Assembly (NCBI GenBank): GCA_038045865.1
Contig: JBBSXH010000070.1
Coordinates: 1 to 44,246 of the forward strand
Length of the DNA: 44,246 nucleotides
Source: Nanobdellota archaeon
GTDB taxonomy: Archaea; Nanobdellota; Nanobdellia; Pacearchaeales; GW2011-AR1
Direction: 5' to 3'
This document shows positions 16,459 through 25,051 of this stretch, in pieces (within the stretch, counting starts at the first letter, position 1; the number at the start of each line of letters is the position of its first letter). Both the position numbers and the translations under genes were made by a program. A model generated the notes under the pieces. It was not told the origin of the DNA. It did no database searches and was given only the letters and a program-made list of their open reading frames with translations.

Positions 16459-17445
16459 TTATTCCAAACTTAAAAGAGTTTTTAATACTTCCTCCACAGA
16501 AATACTATTAACAAGTTCTTCACTATATTGGTCTGATTTTTCTGGAAAAAAATTATAAAGCAAAGGAGAAATTATTTTTGTTAATAACCCATAATCTTCT
16601 ACTTCATTTGGAGAAGTGCAAAAAAATAAAGCAATTGTTGGCTTTTTTAATGCTAAAGAAACATGAAGAGCAAAACTATCAGAACAAATCATTTTAGAAC
16701 ATAAATTTACTAATGCAAAAAATTCATTGTCTGAATTATAAGGATTATTTTGAATAACCTTTATGCCTTGTTTTTTTAAATCTTCTGAAATTTTTTTATG
16801 TTTTTCAATTTCATTTGGACCTCCAAAAAGCAGTATCTCATAATTTTTTTGTTTTGCCTGCTTTATGAATTCTTTTATTTTTTCTTCACTCCAGGATTTA
16901 GAAGGCCATCTTGGAGAAGAGCCTATATGAATACCAATTAATTTTTCTGTATTAATATTATTTTTTTTTATAAACTCCTTTGCATAATCCTTATCTTTTT
17001 CTGTTAAATAAATAGGGTGATGGTGCTTATTATAAGTTAATTCTGCTACTTCAAACATCATTTGCTGATAAGTTTTTCTATTTGTTTTTTTTAATTCATC
17101 GTCAAATAAGGTATTTAAATAATATTCAGCAGGCAGATTAAATGCATTTGCATAACCATCCTTATAATAAAAGCCATATTTTTTAACTGCTATTATTTGA
17201 TTTGCTAATTTAGTTGCTTCTTCTTCTATATCAAAATTATACAAGATATCAAAAGTTTCGTTTATTTCACAAGGCAAGGTAATTATCTTTTTTATATACG
17301 GGCTTGTTTCTAAAATTTGTCTAGAAGATTGTTTAGTTATCCAACATATTTCTGAATTGGGATATTTTTCTTTTAATGCTATTAAAACAGGCAAAGTTCT
17401 GATTACATCTCCCTTTGCACCTAACTTGATTATAAGCATTTTCAT
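16459..17445 (-). CDS. GT9 family glycosyltransferase (heptosyltransferase-like)
   Basis: The N-terminus MKMLIIKLGAKGDVIRTLPVLIALKEKYPNSEICWITKQ is the classical RfaC/RfaF opening. The C-terminal region CSKMICSDSFALHVSLALKKPTIALF matches the GT9 donor-binding region. Confidence 0.75.
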   Translation of the reverse strand: MKMLIIKLGAKGDVIRTLPVLIALKEKYPNSEICWITKQSSRQILETSPYIKKIITLPCEINETFDILYNFDIEEEATKLANQIIAVKKYGFYYKDGYANAFNLPAEYYLNTLFDDELKKTNRKTYQQMMFEVAELTYNKHHHPIYLTEKDKDYAKEFIKKNNINTEKLIGIHIGSSPRWPSKSWSEEKIKEFIKQAKQKNYEILLFGGPNEIEKHKKISEDLKKQGIKVIQNNPYNSDNEFFALVNLCSKMICSDSFALHVSLALKKPTIALFFCTSPNEVEDYGLLTKIISPLLYNFFPEKSDQYSEELVNSISVEEVLKTLLSLE

Positions 17446-17481
17446 TATTTAATTTAGCATAGAAAACCTTATATAAATGTT

Positions 17482-17913
17482 ATGAAAATAAGATATATAA
17501 TGAAAGCATATATTGCAGGCCCTTTATGCATAAAAGAAGAAAGAATATTTTTAGAAAGAATTGATAAAATATGCAAAAAATTAAATGTAACTACTTTTTT
17601 GCCTCATAGAGATTGTGGATTATGGAAAAATTTAAAAGATACTAAAAGAATTGCTAAAGGGGATTTAAAGGGATTTGAAAATTGTGATTTTTTGATTGCA
17701 AATTTAAATGGATTTAATATAGGTGCTGGAACTGCTTGGGAAATAGGATATGCTTATGCAAAAAAAATTCCGATTATAGCCCTTAAAACAGATAAAAATC
17801 CAAAAAAAGTTATTGAAGATATAAGTGCTATAATCTTTGGAACAACAAAAATAATTACAAGTTTAGGAAATCTTGAAGAAGAAATAAAAAAATTAATCAA
17901 GAGGTTACATTAA
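17482..17913 (+). CDS. Nucleoside 2-deoxyribosyltransferase-like protein
   Basis: KAYIAGPL at the N-terminus and GTAWEIGYAYAKKIPIIAL are typical of the NDT-like Rossmann family. The true start may be the internal Met at 17500. Confidence 0.5.
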   Translation: MKIRYIMKAYIAGPLCIKEERIFLERIDKICKKLNVTTFLPHRDCGLWKNLKDTKRIAKGDLKGFENCDFLIANLNGFNIGAGTAWEIGYAYAKKIPIIALKTDKNPKKVIEDISAIIFGTTKIITSLGNLEEEIKKLIKRLH

Positions 17914-17939
17914 ATTAATCAGTTTAATAAATAATAAAA

Positions 17940-18632
17940 ATGGAGTTGTTGTTAATTATTCTTTGGATTGCATTAATCACTGCATTTTCATTGTTTGGTT
18001 CATGGTATGCCCGCAAATATAACAAGCCAGATGCACTTATTGGACTCTATGTAGCTTTTATTTTAATCAGTAATATAATTGCCTATAAAATAGTTGTTTT
18101 TGATTTTGGAATTATCACATTTTTTGCAACAGCAGCTACTTTAGTTTTTTCAGTAACTTTCCTTTTAACAGATATTATAAATGAGAAGTTTGGCAGAAAA
18201 GAGACACAAAAAATGATATTTATTGCATTTATTACTCAAATTGCTGTTGCTTTTTTTATTTGGCTGGCAATTTCATTAAAGCCAGCCCCATTTTGGCCAG
18301 ACCAAGAAATTTTTGTTCAAATAATTGGATTTGCTCCGAGAATAATGCTTGCTTCATGGGTTGCTTTTTTAATAAGTGAAAATACAGATGCTTATCTCTT
18401 TTCATGGTTTAAAAAAATAACAAATGGAAAACATCTATGGATAAGAAATGTATTTTCTTCAATTCCTTCAATGGCTTTAGATACACTTATTTTTGTAACA
18501 ATTGCATTCTATAAGGTTCAACCAATTTTACCTTTAATTATAGGAGTTCTTGCAATAAAATGGCTTGTTGGGATAATTGATATACCTTTTATGTATTTGA
18601 ATAGATGGATAATGTATAAAAATAAGGGTTAA
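17940..18632 (+). CDS. yhhQ: Queuosine-precursor transporter family protein (YhhQ / DUF165 / VUT)
   Basis: The ORF has six TM helices and the conserved FLLTDIINEKFGRKETQKMIF segment. Confidence 0.65.
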   Translation: MELLLIILWIALITAFSLFGSWYARKYNKPDALIGLYVAFILISNIIAYKIVVFDFGIITFFATAATLVFSVTFLLTDIINEKFGRKETQKMIFIAFITQIAVAFFIWLAISLKPAPFWPDQEIFVQIIGFAPRIMLASWVAFLISENTDAYLFSWFKKITNGKHLWIRNVFSSIPSMALDTLIFVTIAFYKVQPILPLIIGVLAIKWLVGIIDIPFMYLNRWIMYKNKG

Positions 18633-19534
18633 TCAAGAGGTTTAGTTGAGTTTATTTCAGTTTCTCTCCAACCATCTGAATAACTTTTCATTTTCTTTAG
18701 TTCTCTAAATGCTCTTAAATAAACATATAATCTTGCAAAATAAATCTGAATTGTCCAAAAAAATTGTTTAAGACTTCTTGGGTAAACAAGTGCATATAAA
18801 CCTCCAAACCTCACTTCATTAAAAAATGATTTTGTCCTTGGCAAATCAGGAACTAATTTATTAAGATTTTCATGTCCTTTTATATTCCTAATTTTTTGGT
18901 TTATCCAATCTTTCCAATTATCTGGATTTTTTACATAAACTTCTGCTTTTGAGACATATTTTATTTTATATCCTTTTTTCCAAAATAAATAAGGAATTAC
19001 ACTATCTTCAGAAACATCAATTGGAAATTCTCTTATTATTCCATTTCTAATCGCAAATAAATAACCCGAAGTTTCAAAAAATTTATCTTCTTTAGATAAT
19101 TCAAACCTGACATTATGAATCCCTGAAAAAAGAAGGTTTGCCCAGTACCCATATTTAGTAGATTTATCTTCAACAGGAATAGGTCTTCCAGTTATGCAAC
19201 CAATTTTTTTATCTTCAAATGTTTTAATAATCTCTTTTAATGAGTTTTCAGAAACAAAAACATCTCCGTCTGTGAAAATAATTATATCTTCCTTGTTTTC
19301 AGAATAAATTTTTGTTAACAAAAGATTTAAAGCATAACTTTTGCCTTCTCCAGAATCAAGAAAAAATCCAACCCGTTTGTCTTTAATATTCTGTTTTAAA
19401 AATTCTTTAACTTCTGAAAATGGGTCGCAGATAATTATTCTAAAAGGTTGTTTAATATCTTGATTTAAAAAAGCATTTATTGCTTTTAAAGTAGCTTTCG
19501 GTTCATTGTAAGAAGTTATTATTATATCTATCAT
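18629..19534 (-). CDS. GT2 family glycosyltransferase
   Basis: The ORF begins MIDIIITSYNEPKATLKAI and carries the DxD motif IIFTDGDVF. Confidence 0.7.
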   Translation of the reverse strand: MIDIIITSYNEPKATLKAINAFLNQDIKQPFRIIICDPFSEVKEFLKQNIKDKRVGFFLDSGEGKSYALNLLLTKIYSENKEDIIIFTDGDVFVSENSLKEIIKTFEDKKIGCITGRPIPVEDKSTKYGYWANLLFSGIHNVRFELSKEDKFFETSGYLFAIRNGIIREFPIDVSEDSVIPYLFWKKGYKIKYVSKAEVYVKNPDNWKDWINQKIRNIKGHENLNKLVPDLPRTKSFFNEVRFGGLYALVYPRSLKQFFWTIQIYFARLYVYLRAFRELKKMKSYSDGWRETEINSTKPLD

Positions 19535-19536
19535 TT

Positions 19537-19731
19537 TTAAATAGAATCAAAAATATAATCATCAGGTCTTATTATTATTAATTTTTCTTGTTTTTCACTA
19601 AGTAATTCTAATCTTACTTTTCTTTTTCCTTGCTTTCCTATATCTGATAATTCAATTGTATTTACTAAAAATTTCTGATTAGCAATGGTAACTTTATCTC
19701 CTTTTTTTAAATCTTTAGCATATTTTTTCAT
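19537..19731 (-). CDS. Small protein resembling the N-terminal SH3-like domain of aIF5A
   Basis: The 64-aa sequence DLKKGDKVTIANQKFLVNTIELSDIGKQGKRKVRLEL parallels the aIF5A pattern (ELK.G.YV.I.G.P..V.EI..S..GKHG.AK.R). It has GKQG in place of the hypusination loop GKHG and has no C-terminal OB domain. Confidence 0.35.
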   Translation of the reverse strand: MKKYAKDLKKGDKVTIANQKFLVNTIELSDIGKQGKRKVRLELLSEKQEKLIIIRPDDYIFDSI

Positions 19732-19753
19732 AGATTATCAAGGATAAAGTAAA

Positions 19754-19782
19754 TTTATAAAGTTTATTAAGGTGAGATAAAC
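19754..19782 (+). promoter_or_regulatory. queC upstream region: TATA-like TTTATAAAGTTTATTA plus GGTGA 7 nt before the ATG
   Basis: The sequence is TTTATAAAGTTTATTAAGGTGAGATAAAC-ATG. The A/T box lies about 26 nt before the ATG, compatible with a leaderless transcript, or GGTGA acts as a Shine-Dalgarno-like site. The related AAAAGTTTATTGGTGA occurs at 30114-30129 before the HD gene. Confidence 0.4.
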
Positions 19783-20475
19783 ATGAAAAATGCTATTATT
19801 TTGTGTTCAGGCGGGTTAGATAGTGTTGTAACTGCCTATTATGTGAAAAATAGACTTAATTATGATAATCTAATTATCTTATTTTTTAATTATAGTCAAA
19901 AATCTATTCTAAAAGAAAGAGAATTTAGTAAGAAATGTGCTAAGGATTTGAATGCAAGATTCATAGAAATTGATTTAAAATGGCTTGGTAAAATTTCAAA
20001 TTCTTTAGTAAATAAATTAGGAAAAGTAAAAAAGATTTCAAAAAATAGTTTAAAAAACACAAAAAAAGAAAGTGAAAATTTTTATGTACCTTTTAGAAAT
20101 ACTATTTTTATCTCATATGCTATCGCCTTAGCAGAATCTATATTCTTTAAAGAAAAAATGAAATACAATATTTTTTTAGGTTTTAAAAATGAGGGTAAAG
20201 AAAGTTTTCCAGATACAACTATAAAATATGTAAATGAGGTTAACAGGCTAAGTAAAATTGCAACAGCTGGTTTTAAAATTTTGACTCCTTTAATTAAAAA
20301 GGATAAAGAAGATATAATAATTTTAGGCAATAAATTAGGAGTAGATTTTAGAAAAACTTATAGCTGTTATATTGGAAAAAGATTTCACTGTGGTACCTGT
20401 CTTGCATGTAAATTAAGGCAAGCAGGATTTTACTGGGCAAACATAAGTGACCCTACAAAATACAAAAATCAGTAA
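19783..20475 (+). CDS. queC: 7-cyano-7-deazaguanine synthase (QueC/ExsB family)
   Basis: A PP-loop AIILCSGGLDSVV sits at the N-terminus, followed by YVPFRNTIF. The C-terminal zinc motif is SCYIGKRFHCGTCLACKLRQAGF (C...CxxCxxC). Confidence 0.75.
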   Translation: MKNAIILCSGGLDSVVTAYYVKNRLNYDNLIILFFNYSQKSILKEREFSKKCAKDLNARFIEIDLKWLGKISNSLVNKLGKVKKISKNSLKNTKKESENFYVPFRNTIFISYAIALAESIFFKEKMKYNIFLGFKNEGKESFPDTTIKYVNEVNRLSKIATAGFKILTPLIKKDKEDIIILGNKLGVDFRKTYSCYIGKRFHCGTCLACKLRQAGFYWANISDPTKYKNQ

Positions 20476-20491
20476 TTAGGATTCAATAAAA

Positions 20492-22027
20492 TTATTTATA
20501 TCTCGATTTATCATACCATACCTTAAAGTTGGTGGGCATACTTCTATAAAGGGGTTTAAGAATCTGTTCTCTTATCAAATCTGCAAAACTTAAAACCTTC
20601 AATGCAACCAAAGTTGGAAATTTATTTTTTAAATTTCTTTGAATTCTCCTAGGTTCTAACAAATAATTAATTAAAAAATTAGGCATTAATCCAAATTTTT
20701 TTTCAGTCACTATCCCTCTCATTAAATTAAGAATAAGAACTAAATACATATTTTTTCTTTTTAATAAAATATGTGCACTTCTATCCCAATAATTTAATGT
20801 AACCGCAGAATCTTTTGAACTCTTAATTATTTTATCCTTAATAGCTTTTTCATATAATTTTGAACCATGAAAAAAAACTAAATTATTCACAGAAAGAAAA
20901 TATGGTTTAGGTATTTTTTGCAATAATCTTATCATACTAATCACATCTTCTGAGGTTTCATAAGGATTACAAGTAATCACATCATACATTACTGTTAATT
21001 TATCTTTATATTGATTAATAATATGTGATGCCCTTAGAACTTCTCTATCTGTTTGATTTCTATGATAAATTTCTCTATTTACTCTTTCAGCACCTTGTAT
21101 GCCTACAATTATGTCTGTACATCCTGCATCAACTAATAATCTTATTTTTTCATTATCTACTGTTTTTGGGTCTGCAAGACATTTAAATCTAAGCCCTACT
21201 TTTGCTTTATACTCTTTATTAAATTCTTTAAAATGTTCAAAGGGTCTTAAAGAAAAAGTATCATCTCTTATATCAAAATAACTTAAACTAGGGAATTTAT
21301 TCTTTAATTCTAAGATTCCCCTGATAACATAATTTATACTATGCCATCTAACAATTTTTTTTCTTTTGCCTTTATACAATTCATTTAACAAACTATTACT
21401 ACAATAATCACAACCATAAGGACACCCTCTTCCAGTTAAAAAGAAAATTGCACCATCTAAATCATTTTCTGAAAATTTTCTTATTTTATGATGGCCAAGA
21501 ATATAATGAGTTTTAGTGTCATAATCAGGCAAAGGTATACTATCTAAATCATCAATTAACTCTCTTACTGAGTTTTTCATAATTTTCTCGCCTTTTTTAA
21601 TCCATAAATTTTTTATTTTGTCTATTGATTTATTTTTTGTTAATGCATTTACTAAATCTAAAATCGCTCCTTCCCCTTCTCCAACACAAACAATATTACA
21701 ATTCTTAATACACTCTTGAGGTGAAATTGTTGCATGAATGCCTCCCCAGACAATAGGGATTTTTGGTAGGTGTTTTTCAAGATGTTTTATTATTTGAACT
21801 GCTCTTGGAGCTGTTGAGACAAAAGAAGAAATTCCTATTAAATCAGAATTTTTGCAAATTTTTGCTAACTGAGATAATTCATTTTTAGTATAAAATTTAG
21901 AATAATCTTCACTTAGAGCCATAAATATCATGATTACATTATGTCCTACTTTTTTTAAAACAGAAGAAATTGTTCTTATTCCTTGATCAGAAGGATATGT
22001 TGCTGCAGAAATTAATGTTATTCTCAT
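20492..22027 (-). CDS. B12-binding-domain radical SAM enzyme
   Basis: The N-terminal domain reads MRITLISAA...VWGGIHATISP...VCVGEGEGAILDLV. The CX3CX2C motif is LTGRGCPYGCDYCS. Confidence 0.85.
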   Translation of the reverse strand: MRITLISAATYPSDQGIRTISSVLKKVGHNVIMIFMALSEDYSKFYTKNELSQLAKICKNSDLIGISSFVSTAPRAVQIIKHLEKHLPKIPIVWGGIHATISPQECIKNCNIVCVGEGEGAILDLVNALTKNKSIDKIKNLWIKKGEKIMKNSVRELIDDLDSIPLPDYDTKTHYILGHHKIRKFSENDLDGAIFFLTGRGCPYGCDYCSNSLLNELYKGKRKKIVRWHSINYVIRGILELKNKFPSLSYFDIRDDTFSLRPFEHFKEFNKEYKAKVGLRFKCLADPKTVDNEKIRLLVDAGCTDIIVGIQGAERVNREIYHRNQTDREVLRASHIINQYKDKLTVMYDVITCNPYETSEDVISMIRLLQKIPKPYFLSVNNLVFFHGSKLYEKAIKDKIIKSSKDSAVTLNYWDRSAHILLKRKNMYLVLILNLMRGIVTEKKFGLMPNFLINYLLEPRRIQRNLKNKFPTLVALKVLSFADLIREQILKPLYRSMPTNFKVWYDKSRYK

Positions 22028-23154
22028 TTTTTCAATAAATTTTTATATTCTTGGTCAAAGGTATTTGCTACTCTGTTCCAGGTAAATTTCTTTGATTTTT
22101 CTTTTCCAGATTCTTGAAATTTTTGTCTTAATTGTTTATTTTCAATTAATTTTCTTAATTTTAATTTAAAATCTTCTAAATCATAATCTTTAAAAGTTAA
22201 CCCCTCATTACCCACAACCCAAGGCATGCCTCCTTGATCGCTGGTAAGAACAGCACATCCTTGAGACATTGCTTCTAAAATTGAAATACAAAAAGCTTCA
22301 TAATGACTTGGTGAACAAAAAATATCCGAACCTGCATAAGCTTCTAATTTTTCTTTTTCAGTTACTTCTCCAGTTAATATAACATTATTTAAATTTAGTT
22401 TTTTTATTAGACTTTCTAATTCTTTTTTAAATCCTCCATCTTTACCCATAATAATAAACTTAACATTTGAAAAGAATTTTGCCATGTTTACTAATTGATC
22501 TATCCCTTTACTTTTATGTAATCTTGAAACAGAAAGAACAACTAATTTATTTTTTAATTTATATTTTTCTCTAAATCTCTTTCCATTATGTTTATTAAAA
22601 TATTCTTTAGGAATACAATTAGGAGTTAAAATAATACTTTTCTCCATAACTCCAAAAGTCTTAACCCAATTAGATTCTGGTTCGGTTACCACACAAATTT
22701 TTTTAAATTTTTTAAATATGTATCTTCCAAGAACTTTATCTACAATATCCACAATTAACTGGATAAACTTTTTTCTTTGCCCTTTATACACTGGCCAGTG
22801 GGGTGTTAAAAAACAAGGTTTTTTTGTAAACCAAAAAATAAAATTAAAAGGATGTCTATATCCGTGTACATGAAAAATATCTGCATCAGAATTTTTAACT
22901 GCATTGAATAACCCTGGGAAAAAAATTCCAGAAAAACTAAATTTAAACCAACTCCTAAATCTTTTTATTTTAATTCCGTCTATTTTTTCTTCTTTTTCTT
23001 TAATTCTTTTATCTCTATCCATATCAGAAACATAAATATCTATATCATATCCTTTCTTAATCAATTCTTTAGCGGTGTTGAATATATGAGTTTCAACACC
23101 ACCAATAGTAGGATAGAAAAATGAAGTAACAAAACAAATCTTTGGTTTTTTCAT
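22024..23154 (-). CDS. GT4-type (GT-B fold) glycosyltransferase
   Basis: The N-terminus is KICFVTSFFYPTIGGVETH. The C-terminal region SPSHYEAFCISILEAMSQGCAVLTSDQGG matches the E-x7-E region. Its stop overlaps the downstream radical SAM start as ATGA. Confidence 0.8.
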   Translation of the reverse strand: MKKPKICFVTSFFYPTIGGVETHIFNTAKELIKKGYDIDIYVSDMDRDKRIKEKEEKIDGIKIKRFRSWFKFSFSGIFFPGLFNAVKNSDADIFHVHGYRHPFNFIFWFTKKPCFLTPHWPVYKGQRKKFIQLIVDIVDKVLGRYIFKKFKKICVVTEPESNWVKTFGVMEKSIILTPNCIPKEYFNKHNGKRFREKYKLKNKLVVLSVSRLHKSKGIDQLVNMAKFFSNVKFIIMGKDGGFKKELESLIKKLNLNNVILTGEVTEKEKLEAYAGSDIFCSPSHYEAFCISILEAMSQGCAVLTSDQGGMPWVVGNEGLTFKDYDLEDFKLKLRKLIENKQLRQKFQESGKEKSKKFTWNRVANTFDQEYKNLLKK

Positions 23155-23199
23155 AATTTCTTAAATTAAAGATATTTAAAAAGATTTAGATGGGAGATA

Positions 23200-24879
23200 T
23201 TAAACATTTTTAGTAAGTTTTTTAAGAGGAGAGTTTTTAACATAACTTTTATTTAAATTTAATTTATCCCAATTATGCTTATTAAATATAGACTTAATAA
23301 TGTATTTTATTATAAAGGGATAAGACAAAGACTTTAAAAATAATTTATAAACGTAGGAGGTTTTAAATAATCTTTTTTGATATCCTAATGAAAATAAAGT
23401 AGTTATAAATTTCATATCAAAAGATTTAGTCATATCCTCATAACTAATTATTTTCACATTATTTATTCTTGTAAGAGGCATTGAAACAAATGCTGTATTT
23501 TTTTCATCTATTAATTCAACATCCTTATTATTAAAAAGTTTTTTAATTAACCCTATATTTTTTAAGAAATAATCTTTTTTTATCATTAATTGAGCAATAT
23601 TAATCAATTTATTTGCTTCTTTTCCAATTCTTTTAAATGCAAAATTTGTTCTAAGACGAAGATAATCCCCTAAACTCCTTGAATAAACATAATAATCACA
23701 ACAACTTATTTCTTTATGGGTTTTATCTAAAGAATAAGCTTGAAAGTTATTTTTATAAATTGAATCTTGAGGATTTTCTGAAAAATAAACATAATCCGTA
23801 TTCTTTAACTTAAAATTTAGTGCTTGAATATCTCTTAAATCCTCTTTTTTGATAAGCATTAAATTTTTCTTTATTTTAGGAGAGGTTATTTTTTCTTTAG
23901 TTCTATCCAATATCTTTAAGATAATCTTTCTCATATCTTTTTCAGAATTATATTTAGTAATGACCTTTTCATAAGTTCTTTTTGCAATTTTTTCTCTAAG
24001 TTCTTTATGTTTTAGATAATACTTTATTTTTTTAAGAAGTTCTTCTTTAGAATTAAATAAGATTATTTCCTTAGTTGGTTTAAAGAGATTAATAATCTTA
24101 GGATTAGATTCAACAAGTTGAAAAGATTTACATAGTGCTTTTTCAAATATACTAAATTTTAAATTAAAGATTTGTTTTTGCTCAGAATATCCTGAACGAG
24201 TTAAAGTTAGATTTATTTTTGTTTGATTGATGATTTTAACATATTCTTCTTGGCTAAGTGGACCTTGATATATTTCTTTAAACTCTGGATATTGATACCA
24301 ATCCCAACCAAATAATTTTATTTTAATTCCATTATCTAATAAATATTTTATTATTTTTTGCCTATTTGCCTTAGGCCTTCCAATAAAAGTTACATCATAT
24401 TCTTTTTTTACATTTAAAGGTTCTAACTTATGAGTATTATAGGCTATATGGTAATCTACCTTCTTAATCCCATCTTTCTTATAATCTGGAGTAAAATCTC
24501 CTGAACTAGTAATAGTATGGTCAAAAAGAAGTGCGAAATATCTAGAATAATGGTCAAATCTAGTATCATCATCAGAAATTATAAATAAAGAGCGAGTATT
24601 TGGGTGAAGTTCAGTTATTTTTAAAATAGTTTCTGGATAAAATTCTTCTTCATCCATCGCAAAAATAATAAGATCTAATTCTTTGTCTTTTACATAATCT
24701 AGAAGTTGTTTGTTCATAGCATCTTTTCCAGATTGAAAATATTTTTTTTTAGAATCAAAAGTTAATAATTTAGGGAATATTCTCTTAAACATTAAATAAT
24801 AGATTTGATACATAAATGTATCTTTTTCGTTTTCACAACCCCATCCGACTAATAAAACATTTTTTGATTGTAAATCCAT
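23200..24879 (-). CDS. CgeB-like glycosyltransferase (DUF3880 + Glyco_trans_1_2-like) with an unassigned C-terminal extension
   Basis: Residues about 160-320 (YDVTFIGRPKANRQKIIKYLLDNGIKIKLFGWDW ... FEKALCKSFQLVE ... ELREKIAKRTYEKVITKYN) resemble the CgeB family. The last approximately 230 aa have no motif I recognise. Confidence 0.5.
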   Translation of the reverse strand: MDLQSKNVLLVGWGCENEKDTFMYQIYYLMFKRIFPKLLTFDSKKKYFQSGKDAMNKQLLDYVKDKELDLIIFAMDEEEFYPETILKITELHPNTRSLFIISDDDTRFDHYSRYFALLFDHTITSSGDFTPDYKKDGIKKVDYHIAYNTHKLEPLNVKKEYDVTFIGRPKANRQKIIKYLLDNGIKIKLFGWDWYQYPEFKEIYQGPLSQEEYVKIINQTKINLTLTRSGYSEQKQIFNLKFSIFEKALCKSFQLVESNPKIINLFKPTKEIILFNSKEELLKKIKYYLKHKELREKIAKRTYEKVITKYNSEKDMRKIILKILDRTKEKITSPKIKKNLMLIKKEDLRDIQALNFKLKNTDYVYFSENPQDSIYKNNFQAYSLDKTHKEISCCDYYVYSRSLGDYLRLRTNFAFKRIGKEANKLINIAQLMIKKDYFLKNIGLIKKLFNNKDVELIDEKNTAFVSMPLTRINNVKIISYEDMTKSFDMKFITTLFSLGYQKRLFKTSYVYKLFLKSLSYPFIIKYIIKSIFNKHNWDKLNLNKSYVKNSPLKKLTKNV

Positions 24880-25051
24880 ATTTTTAATTAAGTCTTTATT
24901 TTAAACTAATAATCCTTAAATATAAATACTTATAAAGTTTATTAAGGTGAAAAATATGAAAAAATAATATTATTACTATGAAAAACAATGATTTAATGAA
25001 TAGAATAGACAAAATTTTGAGAAATTTTAAAAGTTTATATCATCATTAAAA

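Noticed and set aside
24956-25049. Mini-ORFs downstream of the duplicated queC leader. These are ATG-AAA-AAA-TAA at 24956 and a 23-codon ORF from 24978 (MKNNDLMNRIDKILRNFKSLYHH).
   Set aside because: They are too short and low-complexity to support as genes, and no motif is present. The region is more simply the promoter and terminator spacer of the minus-strand genes.
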